Assembly: GCA_041687475.1 (NCBI GenBank)
Contig: JAWLBW010000001.1
Location: forward strand, 4,703 to 68,702
Reading direction: 5' to 3'
Source of the DNA: a bacterium
GTDB taxonomy: Bacteria > J088 > JAWLBW01
Length of the DNA stretch: 64,000 nucleotides
Of the stretch, positions 1 to 9,100 are shown in pieces. Numbering within the stretch: the stretch's first letter is position 1; every line of letters begins with the position of its first letter. Below the pieces are notes generated by a model. The model made no database searches, was not told the DNA's origin, and worked only from the letters and a program-made list of their open reading frames with translations. A program made the translations under genes and the position numbers.

Positions 1-252
1 GGGGCCGAGCTGCGGGTCGTCGGCCTTGACGAGCTTGGACACGTCGACCTGGGGCGGCTCTTCGGGTTCTTCGCCGGCACCGAGGGGTGGGCCATCCTGC
101 AGGGCAACCGCAACGGCACGGTCCAGTACGTTGAGTCGATTTCCGATGTAACCCGTCGAGGCGGCGACGGTCGCAATGATTACGAGCGTAGCGATAACAA
201 TCGCGGTAACGACGCCCTTCTGACTACCCGTGTTCGGGCTCTGCTCACTCAT
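1..252 (-). CDS. Hypothetical membrane-anchored protein; only the N-terminal 84 codons are in the window and the gene runs off the 5' edge
   Basis: ATG at 252-250 on the minus strand, preceded by an AGGAGA RBS 7 nt upstream. The frame stays open to position 1. The N-terminus MSEQSPNTGSQKGVVTAIVIATLVIIATVAAS has a single TM helix. Confidence 0.5.
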   Translation of the reverse strand, partial: MSEQSPNTGSQKGVVTAIVIATLVIIATVAASTGYIGNRLNVLDRAVAVALQDGPPLGAGEEPEEPPQVDVSKLVKADDPQLGP

Positions 253-345
253 GGATGGCTGTCTCCTGGAAAAGTCTTACTATACCCCGCCGCCGGTGCC
301 GCTCGCAATCGCGGTTGCGCTCTTCCTTGCCACCGCCTGCTTTGT

Positions 346-1164
346 TCAGCTTTCGGGAGCGTCGCCCAGCGGGTACTGGTAGCCGGCGACTCCGACGAAT
401 CGTTTCTGTTCTTCGGAGTAGTGCCTGTGTTCGATATGCAGCCGGGCGCCGTCGGCTTCAATCACGTTGAGACTGTTCATGCCGTGTTCGGCATGGCGCC
501 CCCTGGTGCTCATGGTCGTGCCCGAATGCACCACCAGGGTACGGTGCCTGAGCCGGGGATAGTGGTCGCGTACCTGCACGACGAACGAGTGGTGCAGATG
601 GCCCGAAAGCAGAACGTCGACACCGGCTTCGTTCAGGGCGTACGCAGCCGCGCGGGCGCGGCTTGCCACCGGATCGTACACCTGACCCGGGGCCGGCAGC
701 AGATGGTGGTGGGCGGTCGCGACACGCAGCGTTCCCCGAGGTGCGTCGGCAAAAAATGCTTTCATTGCCTGCAGCGACGATGCACGAAAAACGCCGTTCT
801 TGAGAGTGAAGCCCTTCGCGGTGTTGAGGCCGTATATCCACACGCCGTCGAGTCGAAGCGTCGGCTCGAGCTCGTCGGATAAATGGGTCCGATAGCGGCC
901 GAAGGGATCGCCGAGCCTTTCGTGCACGGCCCAGAGCGGTACGTCATGGTTGCCCGGTATGACCACCTGCGGTACCCTGAGACTCGCCAACCAATTACGG
1001 GCTTCGGTAAACTGCTCGGGTCGCGCGCGCTGGGTCAGATCTCCGCTGACGACGAGGGCATCGGGCTGTTCGTCTTCAACCAGCTTGCGCACGACTGTGT
1101 CCATCTCGGCACGGTGCGGAGGACCGAAGTGGATATCGGAAATATGCAACAGACGGACAGACAA
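346..1164 (-). CDS. Calcineurin-like metallophosphoesterase
   Basis: Motifs LLHISDIHFG, VVSGDLT and GNHD. The upstream ORF extension to 1800 is antisense to bioD and is rejected. The start is chosen as TTG near 1164, giving (M)SVRLLHISD; the exact start is uncertain. Confidence 0.65.
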   Translation of the reverse strand: MSVRLLHISDIHFGPPHRAEMDTVVRKLVEDEQPDALVVSGDLTQRARPEQFTEARNWLASLRVPQVVIPGNHDVPLWAVHERLGDPFGRYRTHLSDELEPTLRLDGVWIYGLNTAKGFTLKNGVFRASSLQAMKAFFADAPRGTLRVATAHHHLLPAPGQVYDPVASRARAAAYALNEAGVDVLLSGHLHHSFVVQVRDHYPRLRHRTLVVHSGTTMSTRGRHAEHGMNSLNVIEADGARLHIEHRHYSEEQKRFVGVAGYQYPLGDAPES

Positions 1165-1842
1165 GATATTCTCCAACACAAGGCTTTCTTCGTTACCGGT
1201 ACCGACACCGAAGTCGGTAAGACCTGGGTAGCGGCGGCCATCGCGGCTTCGGCCGAGGCGGCCGGGCTTCCGTGGCACTATTTCAAACCTGCCGAAAGCG
1301 GCGAAAACGAGCAGGACTCCGACGGCGCTCGCGTTCGCGAGTGGGCCGGCGAGCGCGTGACCGTAGGTTATCATCTCGATACGCCGCTTGCCCCGCTGTT
1401 TGCTGCCGAGGCCGCCGGCCTTTCCATCGACGTCGCCCGACTCGACGCGCAAATGGCCGAACTGCGCAACGCGCACCGACCCCTCATCGTCGAAGGCGCG
1501 GGCGGGTTGCTCACACCCTACAATGAGAATACCACGGCCCTCGACCTCATATGCCGGTGGAAGCTGCCCGCATTGGTCGTGGCCGGTAACAGACTCGGCT
1601 GCCTCAATCACACCCTGTTGACGCTTCAGGCCCTTGCGGCGGCAAATGTGCCCGTGCTGGGTGTTGTTTTCAACGATGTGGGAAGCGGGCAGAGCATGGC
1701 CCGGAACCCCCTCGACTTCCGTCGCTTCAGCGATGTTCCGGTCATTGCCTGGCTGCAAAGGCTGGCGCCTGACGCACGCCCCGACGCGACCTGGTGGCAC
1801 GCGGGCGTTGCCCGGGCCCGGGCCTTGAAGGCGACGCGCTGA
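1144..1842 (+). CDS. bioD: Dethiobiotin synthetase
   Basis: N-terminal P-loop FFVTGTDTEVGKT with typical BioD length and spacing. ATG at 1144 is chosen inside the longer ORF 883-1842. Confidence 0.8.
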   Translation: MQQTDRQDILQHKAFFVTGTDTEVGKTWVAAAIAASAEAAGLPWHYFKPAESGENEQDSDGARVREWAGERVTVGYHLDTPLAPLFAAEAAGLSIDVARLDAQMAELRNAHRPLIVEGAGGLLTPYNENTTALDLICRWKLPALVVAGNRLGCLNHTLLTLQALAAANVPVLGVVFNDVGSGQSMARNPLDFRRFSDVPVIAWLQRLAPDARPDATWWHAGVARARALKATR

Positions 1843-1910
1843 AGCCGGTGTTACCGAACACCCGGCCTCCGAAGGCAGCGAATTAAAACAGAAGCAGCGG
1901 AAACAAAAAA

Positions 1911-1942
1911 GAAGCCCCGGTACCTGTCGTACCAGGGCTTCT
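1911..1942. terminator. Bidirectional rho-independent terminator between convergent bioD and the DUF362 gene
   Basis: Hairpin GAAGCCCCGGTAC-ctgtc-GTACCAGGGCTTC with one mismatch. It is flanked by an A-run at 1901-1910 and T-containing sequence after. Confidence 0.5.
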
Positions 1943-1965
1943 CGGTATGATTGGCCTTTCAGCCG

Positions 1966-2871
1966 TCAGGCGGCAGGCAGTTGCATGGACTGCATGCGCT
2001 TGTGCGGCTGGAAGTCGACCCGTACCTCGTCGATGCTCAGCCCGCGGAACGACTCGTCTTCATAGGCATCGAGCTGTTCCGCGCGCGCCAGCTGCAGGTA
2101 AGGAATGTCGTCCGGCTCGAACCCCATCGCCTGCGCGGCGGCGAAGTCGGCGCTGAGCGCGTCATCGGAACCCAGCACCAGGTCGGTCGACTTCGGGGTA
2201 CCCCGAACGGGACCGTTGCCTTCCTGACCGTTGCCGTCAATGATGGCAAGGTCGGGCTCGATGAGGTTGTACAGACTCAGCAGGTTGCTGCTGTAGGCCC
2301 GCGCGCTCTGCGAAAGCTCGCCGTCGTTCATCTCATTGGGCTTGCGGCCGGCAAACCCGTGCAGCCGCAGCTTGTTGTCGGTGCCGACCACGCAACCGGC
2401 GAGGTTCTGAACGGCACCGGCCATGGCCACGTGGTCGTGGGTTTTCAGCAGGCTCAGGCTGATGACGAAGTCGGCATCGATGACCGTTGCCGAAACAGGC
2501 AGCGTCATGCGCTCGCCGCGCGCATCGGTGAACTCGATGTCGTAGCCCTTGTCGCGATTGCAGTCGAGAAGCTCGACCTTCGCGTCCTTCATGTTCTGTG
2601 CGAAGTCGCCGTAACCCAGCGAGCGAAAGGTTTCCCAGGTATCGCCGTGGTCATTGCTTTCGGCAATGATGATGCGGCGGGGGTTACCCCGTTCACGCAC
2701 CCAATCGATAACGGCGCGAACAAAGGAAATCTGCGTGAAGGCACCGTTGCCGGCGTCGGGGCCCGGCAGGTCGGGCTTGATGACGACAGTGCCGACGATG
2801 ACCGGGTTCAAATCGGTCAACGCATCTTTCACCGCCTGGTAACGGTCTTCATTCTTTCCAACGTAAATCAT
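1966..2871 (-). CDS. DUF362-family protein
   Basis: The overall sequence pattern resembles the DUF362 family (for example the LKTHDHV region). The start is chosen at the internal Met MIYVGKNE. Confidence 0.5.
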   Translation of the reverse strand: MIYVGKNEDRYQAVKDALTDLNPVIVGTVVIKPDLPGPDAGNGAFTQISFVRAVIDWVRERGNPRRIIIAESNDHGDTWETFRSLGYGDFAQNMKDAKVELLDCNRDKGYDIEFTDARGERMTLPVSATVIDADFVISLSLLKTHDHVAMAGAVQNLAGCVVGTDNKLRLHGFAGRKPNEMNDGELSQSARAYSSNLLSLYNLIEPDLAIIDGNGQEGNGPVRGTPKSTDLVLGSDDALSADFAAAQAMGFEPDDIPYLQLARAEQLDAYEDESFRGLSIDEVRVDFQPHKRMQSMQLPAA

Positions 2872-3045
2872 AGCTCGCACCCGTCTCCTTGATGTGTCCA
2901 TTATAACGGCGCATTTTTACAGCCTTCAATAGGCTTTGTGCATAGAAACCAAAAAAATTTGGCCCACTTGCGTGGTAACCGATACGATGTATGGACCGCC
3001 GTCACGACGCCGGCCGTCGCTTCATCTGCGGGCCGCTTCCCATTC

Positions 3046-4197
3046 ATGTTTTTCGTCTCGGCTTTTCTCTTCTTCGCCTCGTCCTACCTGCTGCTTCCGA
3101 CGCTGCCGGTCATTCTTCAGCAACGGGGCGCGACCCCCTCTGAAGTCGGCCTGGTCATGGGAGCCTTTACGGCAGCGGCCGTGCTTCTTCGCGGCCCGGT
3201 CGGCAGCCTCGTCGACGCGGTTACCCCCCGTCGCATGCTGCGCGTCGGCCTTGCGCTCACGGCCCTGGGGTTCCTGCCGTACTTTCTTCCCGGCGTGTTC
3301 GCCATGGTGCCGGGGCGAATTCTGCAGGGCCTGGGTCTCGCCGCGTTCAGCACCGCCTCGTACCTTTATCTCGACAGCCTGGGGGGCCCCGCCCGCCGGG
3401 CCGAACTCATCAGCCTGTACGGCCTCAGCGCGAACGTAGCCATGTCGATTGCGCCGGCGTTCGGCTCGTTGCTCGTCGAGCATGGAAACGAGGCGGCGCT
3501 GTACGTCACGGGCGTCGTACTGGCCCTGGGCAGCCTGTCGGTCGTACCGGTACTGCGCAAGCACGCGTCCGTCGAGCCGGTGAGCCGCGAAAGTGTCAGT
3601 GCGTCTGAAGCCGGACGCCGCGACTGGCGCGTCTGGCGCCCCGCGCTGGCCATGCTGGGGCTTGCCGTTGCCTACGGCAGCATCATGGTTTTCGTGCCCA
3701 TTGCCATCGAGCGGCAAGGCGCCGAAGATGGATGGGTTTTCTTTTCGACCTACGGCGCCGCCATCATGACAACCCGCATCTCGCTTCGCCGGCGCATCAA
3801 CGCCGGCAGCCGGTATCCGTGGATCTGGGGCGGCTGCGCAGCCATTGTATTGGCGCTGGTGTGGCTCATCTTCGCCCGGTCGCTCTTCATGTTCGCCGTC
3901 GCCGCAGTGTTCTTCGGTGCGGGGGTGGGCCTTGCCCACCCCACGCTCATGGCCCTGTGCATGGAATGGGTATCGCAGCGGGCCCGCGCACATGCCACCG
4001 CCATCGCGACCGCCGCCTTCGACGGAGGCATTGCCGGCGGCGCCGCGTTCAGCGGCTGGATAGCCGGTCTTGGCGGCGTGCGCGCGGCTTTCGTCGCCGT
4101 GGCGATACTCTTCGTTCTCGGCCTTCTGCCGCTGTTGCAGCGCGCGAAAAGACTTTACGAAGGCTCGCCCTTGCCCGGCGATGCGCCGCCGAAATAG
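3046..4197 (+). CDS. MFS transporter
   Basis: Twelve hydrophobic segments, with an MFS loop 2-3 motif region VGSLVDAVTPRRML. The ORF opens at 2938, but the first TM helix begins at MFFVSAFLFF, so 3046 is preferred. Stop codon is TAG at 4195-4197. Confidence 0.65.
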   Translation: MFFVSAFLFFASSYLLLPTLPVILQQRGATPSEVGLVMGAFTAAAVLLRGPVGSLVDAVTPRRMLRVGLALTALGFLPYFLPGVFAMVPGRILQGLGLAAFSTASYLYLDSLGGPARRAELISLYGLSANVAMSIAPAFGSLLVEHGNEAALYVTGVVLALGSLSVVPVLRKHASVEPVSRESVSASEAGRRDWRVWRPALAMLGLAVAYGSIMVFVPIAIERQGAEDGWVFFSTYGAAIMTTRISLRRRINAGSRYPWIWGGCAAIVLALVWLIFARSLFMFAVAAVFFGAGVGLAHPTLMALCMEWVSQRARAHATAIATAAFDGGIAGGAAFSGWIAGLGGVRAAFVAVAILFVLGLLPLLQRAKRLYEGSPLPGDAPPK

Positions 4198-4721
4198 CTC
4201 TCCATGAGCGTGACCAGGTCTTCGGCGTGTTCCTCTTCGTCGGCCAGCACCTGCTCCATGAGACGGCGCGTTGTCGGGTCGTTGTCGCCGATGTAGCGAA
4301 TGACTTCGCCATAGGACTCGATGGCCACGCGCTCGGCAACGAGGTTTTCACGCAGCATGTCGACGATGGTGTCGCCCTCGACATACTCGGCGTGGCTGCG
4401 CTTGCTCAGTACGTCGGGGTTGAAGTCGGGTTCGCCGCCGATCTGTACGATGCGGGCCGCAATGGCGTCGGCGTGGGCCTGTTCCTGTTCTGCGTGCTCG
4501 AGAAACTCGGCCTGTACGGCCTGGGCGTGAATGCCTTTGGCCATGTAGTAATGCCGCTTGTATCGCAAGGTACAGACCAATTCGGTGGCCAGGGCTTCAT
4601 TCAGCAGGCGAATGATCGTTTCACGGTCGCCCTGATAGTTCTCGGTTACGGCGCCCTGCTCGATGTGACGGCGAGCGCGTTCGCGCAGCTCCTGCACGCT
4701 CGAAAGAAATTCTCCAGCCAT
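4155..4721 (-). CDS. Bacterioferritin-like ferritin-family protein with an N-terminal extension of about 30 aa
   Basis: Di-iron ligand spacing typical of Bfr (EHAEQEQAHAD...RIV and DEEEHAEDLV), and LNEALATELV matches the Bfr N-terminus. Confidence 0.6.
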   Translation of the reverse strand: MAGEFLSSVQELRERARRHIEQGAVTENYQGDRETIIRLLNEALATELVCTLRYKRHYYMAKGIHAQAVQAEFLEHAEQEQAHADAIAARIVQIGGEPDFNPDVLSKRSHAEYVEGDTIVDMLRENLVAERVAIESYGEVIRYIGDNDPTTRRLMEQVLADEEEHAEDLVTLMESYFGGASPGKGEPS

Positions 4722-4867
4722 TTGTTCCTCCCTCCGGAATTTCTACCCGCGGCTTCACGCAAACCGTAGGAATGTTCTTTTCCCATTATGGGGCAACCCC
4801 CTGTCTTGGGGAACCGTATTTCTTTCCGGAAAAAATTCTCGGGAATGCGCGCTTGTCATCGCCGCCG

Positions 4868-4903
4868 AAAAGAAAAAGGCTCCGCAGATTTCTCTGCGGA
4901 GCC
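4868..4903 (-). terminator. Rho-independent terminator after the ppiD-like gene
   Basis: 10 bp stem GGCTCCGCAG/CTGCGGAGCC with a 6 nt loop, followed on the minus strand by a T-rich run. Confidence 0.55.
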
Positions 4904-4930
4904 TTGAGGTGTTGTAGCCGAAGGCCGTGC

Positions 4931-6880
4931 TCAGCCACCGAGGGGGAAACCCTGGCCCTGGGCCGCGGCGGGCTGCTGCGGCGTGATGAAGGTTTCGACC
5001 TTGGCGCGGTTGCGGGCCGTCTGAATCCACGAGGTGAAGACGGCCTCGCGCTTCGACGAGAGAAGCTCGTTCGTCAGACCCTCGCGTTCCTGGTCGAATT
5101 GCTTCATGTCGGGCGCCGAGCGGTCTTTCAGCGCGACCACGTAGTAGGTGCCGTCGACCTTGAAGAGGCGGTCGGGAAGCGGGTTTGCAGGCGTCAGGCG
5201 GAAGGCCGCCGTCAGCAGGTCGGCATCCTGGCCGATTTCGGGAACTTCACCGCCCAGGCGGTTGAATGCTCCGGTTTCCTGCACCGTCAGCCGGGTGGCG
5301 GCCTTGAGTGAACCCTTCTCGCGGGCTGCGTCGAGAATGTCGGCGGCGCGGCTGGCCGCTACCACATCGGCACGCTCGTCGCGCAGCGCCTTTTCAACGT
5401 CGGCGCGAACTTCGTTCAAGGCACGGTCGCGGGCGGGTTCGACGGCGTCGACCCGCACGGCCACCTTGGTGGCGCCGGCGTCGATGAGCTTCGAGCTCTT
5501 GCCGCTTTCGAGTCCGAAGCCGGCCTCGAGCACCTTCTGGCCTTCGAGCACGCCGGGGAAGCGGCCGTTGCGGTTGAGCTGTCCGGTCTTCTGCACCTGA
5601 ATGCCGTACGCTTCGGCGACAGCGGTCAGGTCTTCACCCTTCGCGAGGCGATCGGCAATGTCCGACTGCGCTTCTTCGAAAGCCTTGGCGCCCTTCTGCT
5701 GCTTGAGCTCCGATTCGAGAACGGCACGCACCTGTTCGAGCGGCTTGACGCCCGCTTCACGGCGGTCGGTAACCTTGATGACGTGCCAACCGAACTGCGA
5801 GCGAACAGGCGCCGAAACGTCGTTCTTCGGCAGTGAGAAAGCCGCATCTTCAAAAGGTTTCACCATGCGGCCCCGGCCGAAGAAGCCCAGGTCGCCGCCC
5901 GACGAGGCGCTTCCGTCCTGCGAGTTCTTACGGGCCAGTTCGGCGAAGTCGGCACCCGAGCGGGCCTGTTCGGCAATGCCCTCGGCCTTTTTGCGTGCGT
6001 CTTCCCAGGCGGCTTCGTCGTCGCCTTCGACCTTGAAGAGAATGTGGCTCGCGCGAACCTCTTCGTCCTGCTGGAATTCATCACGGCGGGCTTCGTAAGC
6101 GGCCTGCAGTTCTGCGTCGCTCACGGTCTGCGTCTGGGCGAACTTTGCCGGCGAGAAAACGGCGTACGAGAAGGTACGACGCTCGGGCAGGGCGTACTCC
6201 GACTTGTGCGTTTCGTAGTACTCGCCGAGGTCGGCGTCGGTAAGCTTGACATCCTTACGCACGTCATCGGCCGATACGCCGACGAAGGCAAGGTTTGCCT
6301 TGTCGTTGCGGGCGATGAAGAGTTCGCGCAGCTGTTCGTCGGTAACCAGCACCGAGCTCTCGATCATCTGACGCAGGCGATCGATGGTCAGCGATTCGCG
6401 CACTTCCTGCTCGAAAATGGTCGGGGTCAGACCCGTGCCCGCACCCATGAGCGCGCGCTTGTAAATGTCGGGGTCGAACTGCCCGTTCGCATTGCGAAAG
6501 GCTTCGATGGAAAGAATGTAGTCGCGCACTTCCTGATCGGAAACGCGAATGCCCGCTTTGGCGGCCTCGGCCAGGAGAACCTCGCGTTGAACGAGATTTT
6601 CGAGGGCAAGTTGTTCAATCGGCAGTCGATCGAGCATTGCCTGATCGATCTGGCCGCCGAACTGCTGTTTATAGCCCTCGATCATGTTGTTCATGGCGAC
6701 GGCAAGATCGCGGCGATAGATCGGCTCGCCTTCGACGCGGGCGACAATCGAAGCGGTGGCAGAAGAATCGTCCTGCACGCTCGAGAGCACGCCAAAGCCG
6801 ATAAAGAAGCTGGCCGCGATGGCAATCAGCACCACCTTCGCGCCGACGCTGTTCCGGTAACGACGGATTTCGTTCAGCAT
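4931..6880 (-). CDS. ppiD: Periplasmic chaperone/peptidyl-prolyl isomerase of the PpiD/SurA family
   Basis: N-terminal TM anchor, long SurA-like chaperone region and a parvulin domain (ASHILFKV...GGDLGFFGRGRMVKPFEDAAF). Confidence 0.75.
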   Translation of the reverse strand: MLNEIRRYRNSVGAKVVLIAIAASFFIGFGVLSSVQDDSSATASIVARVEGEPIYRRDLAVAMNNMIEGYKQQFGGQIDQAMLDRLPIEQLALENLVQREVLLAEAAKAGIRVSDQEVRDYILSIEAFRNANGQFDPDIYKRALMGAGTGLTPTIFEQEVRESLTIDRLRQMIESSVLVTDEQLRELFIARNDKANLAFVGVSADDVRKDVKLTDADLGEYYETHKSEYALPERRTFSYAVFSPAKFAQTQTVSDAELQAAYEARRDEFQQDEEVRASHILFKVEGDDEAAWEDARKKAEGIAEQARSGADFAELARKNSQDGSASSGGDLGFFGRGRMVKPFEDAAFSLPKNDVSAPVRSQFGWHVIKVTDRREAGVKPLEQVRAVLESELKQQKGAKAFEEAQSDIADRLAKGEDLTAVAEAYGIQVQKTGQLNRNGRFPGVLEGQKVLEAGFGLESGKSSKLIDAGATKVAVRVDAVEPARDRALNEVRADVEKALRDERADVVAASRAADILDAAREKGSLKAATRLTVQETGAFNRLGGEVPEIGQDADLLTAAFRLTPANPLPDRLFKVDGTYYVVALKDRSAPDMKQFDQEREGLTNELLSSKREAVFTSWIQTARNRAKVETFITPQQPAAAQGQGFPLGG

Positions 6881-7099
6881 ACTGGCTCAGTTACCCCAAA
6901 GTGACAAGCAGAAAAAAGCATCCGGCCTTCCGGATGCATGAAAAGAACATAAGTATACTCAACCGCACAGGGGTTTTCCACAGGCGCAGAGCGGCGGCAG
7001 GCCGCGGGCTCGGGAGGGCGGCTCCGGGCGACCGAAGAAAAAGGCCTGACCGGCACGCAATCATTTGAAATCGCCCGAGGCCTCTGCTACCTTGGCTTC

Positions 7100-7513
7100 A
7101 TGAGTTCTGAGCGAACCGCCCATGTTGAATTAAGCGGCGACAGTGCCTTCTCAACCGTCTCTACCGTCGGCCCCCACAAGGTGCTGAACGATGTGCCGGA
7201 AAACGTAGGCGGTCGCGATCTGGGTATCACCCCCGAAGAAATGGTCATTTCGGCCTACGGCAGCTGCACCTCGATGACGGTGTTGATGTACGCCAGGCGC
7301 AAGGAATGGCCGGTCGAAAGGGTCGACGTCGACGTCAGCATGGAGCGGCGTCCGGGTCAGACGGCCAAGCTGACACGCCGCATTCGCCTGGTGGGACCTC
7401 TCGACGAGGAACAGCGTGCGCGCCTGCTGCAGATTGCCGACAAGTGCCCCGTGCATCGCATTCTCTCGCATAACGAATTGAATACGGTTCTGGAGGAAGT
7501 CGAACATGGCTGA
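7100..7513 (+). CDS. OsmC/Ohr-family peroxiredoxin-like protein
   Basis: 137 aa, OsmC-like fold with conserved Cys pair (SAYGSCTSMT...DKCPV). Confidence 0.75.
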   Translation: MSSERTAHVELSGDSAFSTVSTVGPHKVLNDVPENVGGRDLGITPEEMVISAYGSCTSMTVLMYARRKEWPVERVDVDVSMERRPGQTAKLTRRIRLVGPLDEEQRARLLQIADKCPVHRILSHNELNTVLEEVEHG

Positions 7514-7669
7514 AGCCACTGAAAACAACCGCGGACTGACGATCAAGCCCGTACACTTTCCCATGGTGGTCAAGGTAACCGCCGCCACCGTGTGGGGCCT
7601 TGGCGTCGTCGGCTCCGTTCTGGAAATTCTTTTCCAGGCGCACTGACGAAAAGCTGATGCTGAAGAGTG

Positions 7670-7697
7670 AAAAAAGGGCGCGCAGGCGCCCTTTTTT
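7670..7697. terminator. Bidirectional terminator between osmC and the ACC-deaminase-family gene
   Basis: AAAAAA-GGGCGC-gcag-GCGCCC-TTTTTT near-perfect palindrome. Confidence 0.55.
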
Positions 7698-7772
7698 CGT
7701 TCCGGGTTTTCTTGCTTCCGTGACGCAGAGCTGTCTGCACGTCGAAGATCGTCTGCTTCAGGGTCGTGTGTT

Positions 7773-8996
7773 TCAGGCCGACGCCGAAACCAGCGCGCGC
7801 AGCTCGGGCGGCAGATCGGCGGGGTCGCCCTGGGCAACCGGAGCCGAGTTGAAGGTGTTCCAGAAGAGCAGGGCGCCGCTGCGCTCGCGTGCCCACGCGA
7901 GAAAGGCGGCCATGGCTTTGGCCGTATAGGTCTGCTCGAGGGGAAAGTGCGGCGAGGCCCACTCTGCGGCGGCCAGGCCCTCGGGGGTCGGCTTGCCATA
8001 GCCCCCGCCGTAGAACCGATTCTCGACCACCAGGTCGTCGCTTTCGAGCGGAACGTCGGGCACGCTCGGGTCAAGGCTGCGCAACGCGCCCAGGGTGCGG
8101 TTTGCAAGGCGAAGAATGTTCCACCGGTTGGCAACGATGGGTTCGGTAATGCGCACGGCGACGATGCGCGACGGCAGGCCGGCAAGACGCAGGCCCACGA
8201 GCAGGCCGGCTGCCGTACCGCAGCTGCCCGACGCGACAAACACATAATCAGGCTGCTCGATGACGCCGGCCCGTACCTGTTCGGCGAGCTCGAGGCCGGC
8301 GTTGATGTGGCCGATATTGCCGAGCGACGTCGTGGCCCCCGCCGGAATGTAGTACGGTTTTTGCTCGTTCTGCAGCGAAATGTACGAGCGCAGCCCGCGA
8401 GCCACCGACGAAACGTAACCCCCGCCGTAGGTAATGTTTGCGCCTGCCGCCACATCGGCCAGCAGGTTACGGCGCACATGCGCGGTAACGGGCTGTTCGA
8501 AGAGGCAGACATCGACCCGCATGCCCAGTCGCCCCCCGTGAATGGCCGAGGCAAGGCACTGGTTCGAACCGAGGCCGCCCACGGTAAACAGGGCGTCGTA
8601 GCCCCCGAGCCGTGCTTCGGCCAGAAGGTGTTCGAGCTTGCGAACCTTGTTTCCCCCGTAAACCGGCGAAGTCATGTCGTCGCGCTTGACGTACAGGCGC
8701 GCGTCGCGCGAAGCCCCGGTGGGCAGCGGCAGGTCGTGGGCGGGGGTGGGGTAGGTGCCCAGCGGCATCCACGCCAGTCGGCCGCGCAGGCGCGGAAAAC
8801 GGTCAAGTAGTTCGCTACTTCGGCCTTCATACAGGGCCTCGACCCGTTCAGCCGGAAACCGCAGCAGCTTGTCGACTTCGTGGTTGTACCATGCGACACC
8901 GCCCACGCCCGCGCAGGCGGCGGCGCCGAGCCCCGTGCCGATGAACGCCCGCCGCGAGATGCTGCGCCCGTGGACCTGGTTCTCTCCATCGCTCAT
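7773..8996 (-). CDS. PLP-dependent ACC deaminase/D-cysteine desulfhydrase-family enzyme with a twin-arginine signal peptide
   Basis: 407 aa. Fold-type II PLP family pattern (YGGNKVRKLE, SGSCGTAAGL). The N-terminus SRRAFIGTGLGAAACAG is Tat-like. ATG at 8996 was verified by codon counting back from the stop. Confidence 0.7.
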   Translation of the reverse strand: MSDGENQVHGRSISRRAFIGTGLGAAACAGVGGVAWYNHEVDKLLRFPAERVEALYEGRSSELLDRFPRLRGRLAWMPLGTYPTPAHDLPLPTGASRDARLYVKRDDMTSPVYGGNKVRKLEHLLAEARLGGYDALFTVGGLGSNQCLASAIHGGRLGMRVDVCLFEQPVTAHVRRNLLADVAAGANITYGGGYVSSVARGLRSYISLQNEQKPYYIPAGATTSLGNIGHINAGLELAEQVRAGVIEQPDYVFVASGSCGTAAGLLVGLRLAGLPSRIVAVRITEPIVANRWNILRLANRTLGALRSLDPSVPDVPLESDDLVVENRFYGGGYGKPTPEGLAAAEWASPHFPLEQTYTAKAMAAFLAWARERSGALLFWNTFNSAPVAQGDPADLPPELRALVSASA

Positions 8997-9100
8997 AATC
9001 GATCTCTCCCGGCCAAAGTATAGCAGGTACGAGGGATCGGTGTCGGCAATCGGAGTCGGGTTACGGCTGGCCGGCGAACTTGGGCGAATGGCTGTCGGCT

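Noticed and set aside
1165-1800. N-terminal extension of ORF 346-1800, giving a 484 aa phosphoesterase
   Set aside because: The extension is antisense to bioD, whose P-loop motif is clear. The phosphoesterase motif block begins at about 1160, so a short start was chosen.
3732-4769. 345 aa plus-strand ORF overlapping the MFS 3' end and the bacterioferritin-like gene
   Set aside because: It is out of frame with the MFS transporter, which has a TM pattern, and antisense to the ferritin-like gene, which has di-iron ligands. The translation is Arg-rich junk.
6881-7099. Possible sigma54 promoter (GGCACG...TTTGA) in the ppiD/osmC divergent region
   Set aside because: The spacing between the GG and GC elements does not match the TGGCACG-N4-TTGCW consensus.
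7151-8554. 467 aa ORF on the minus strand spanning the osmC and ACC-deaminase regions
   Set aside because: It overlaps two well-supported genes in other frames. The translation is Pro/Arg/Ala/Ser-rich and low-complexity, and there is no plausible start context.
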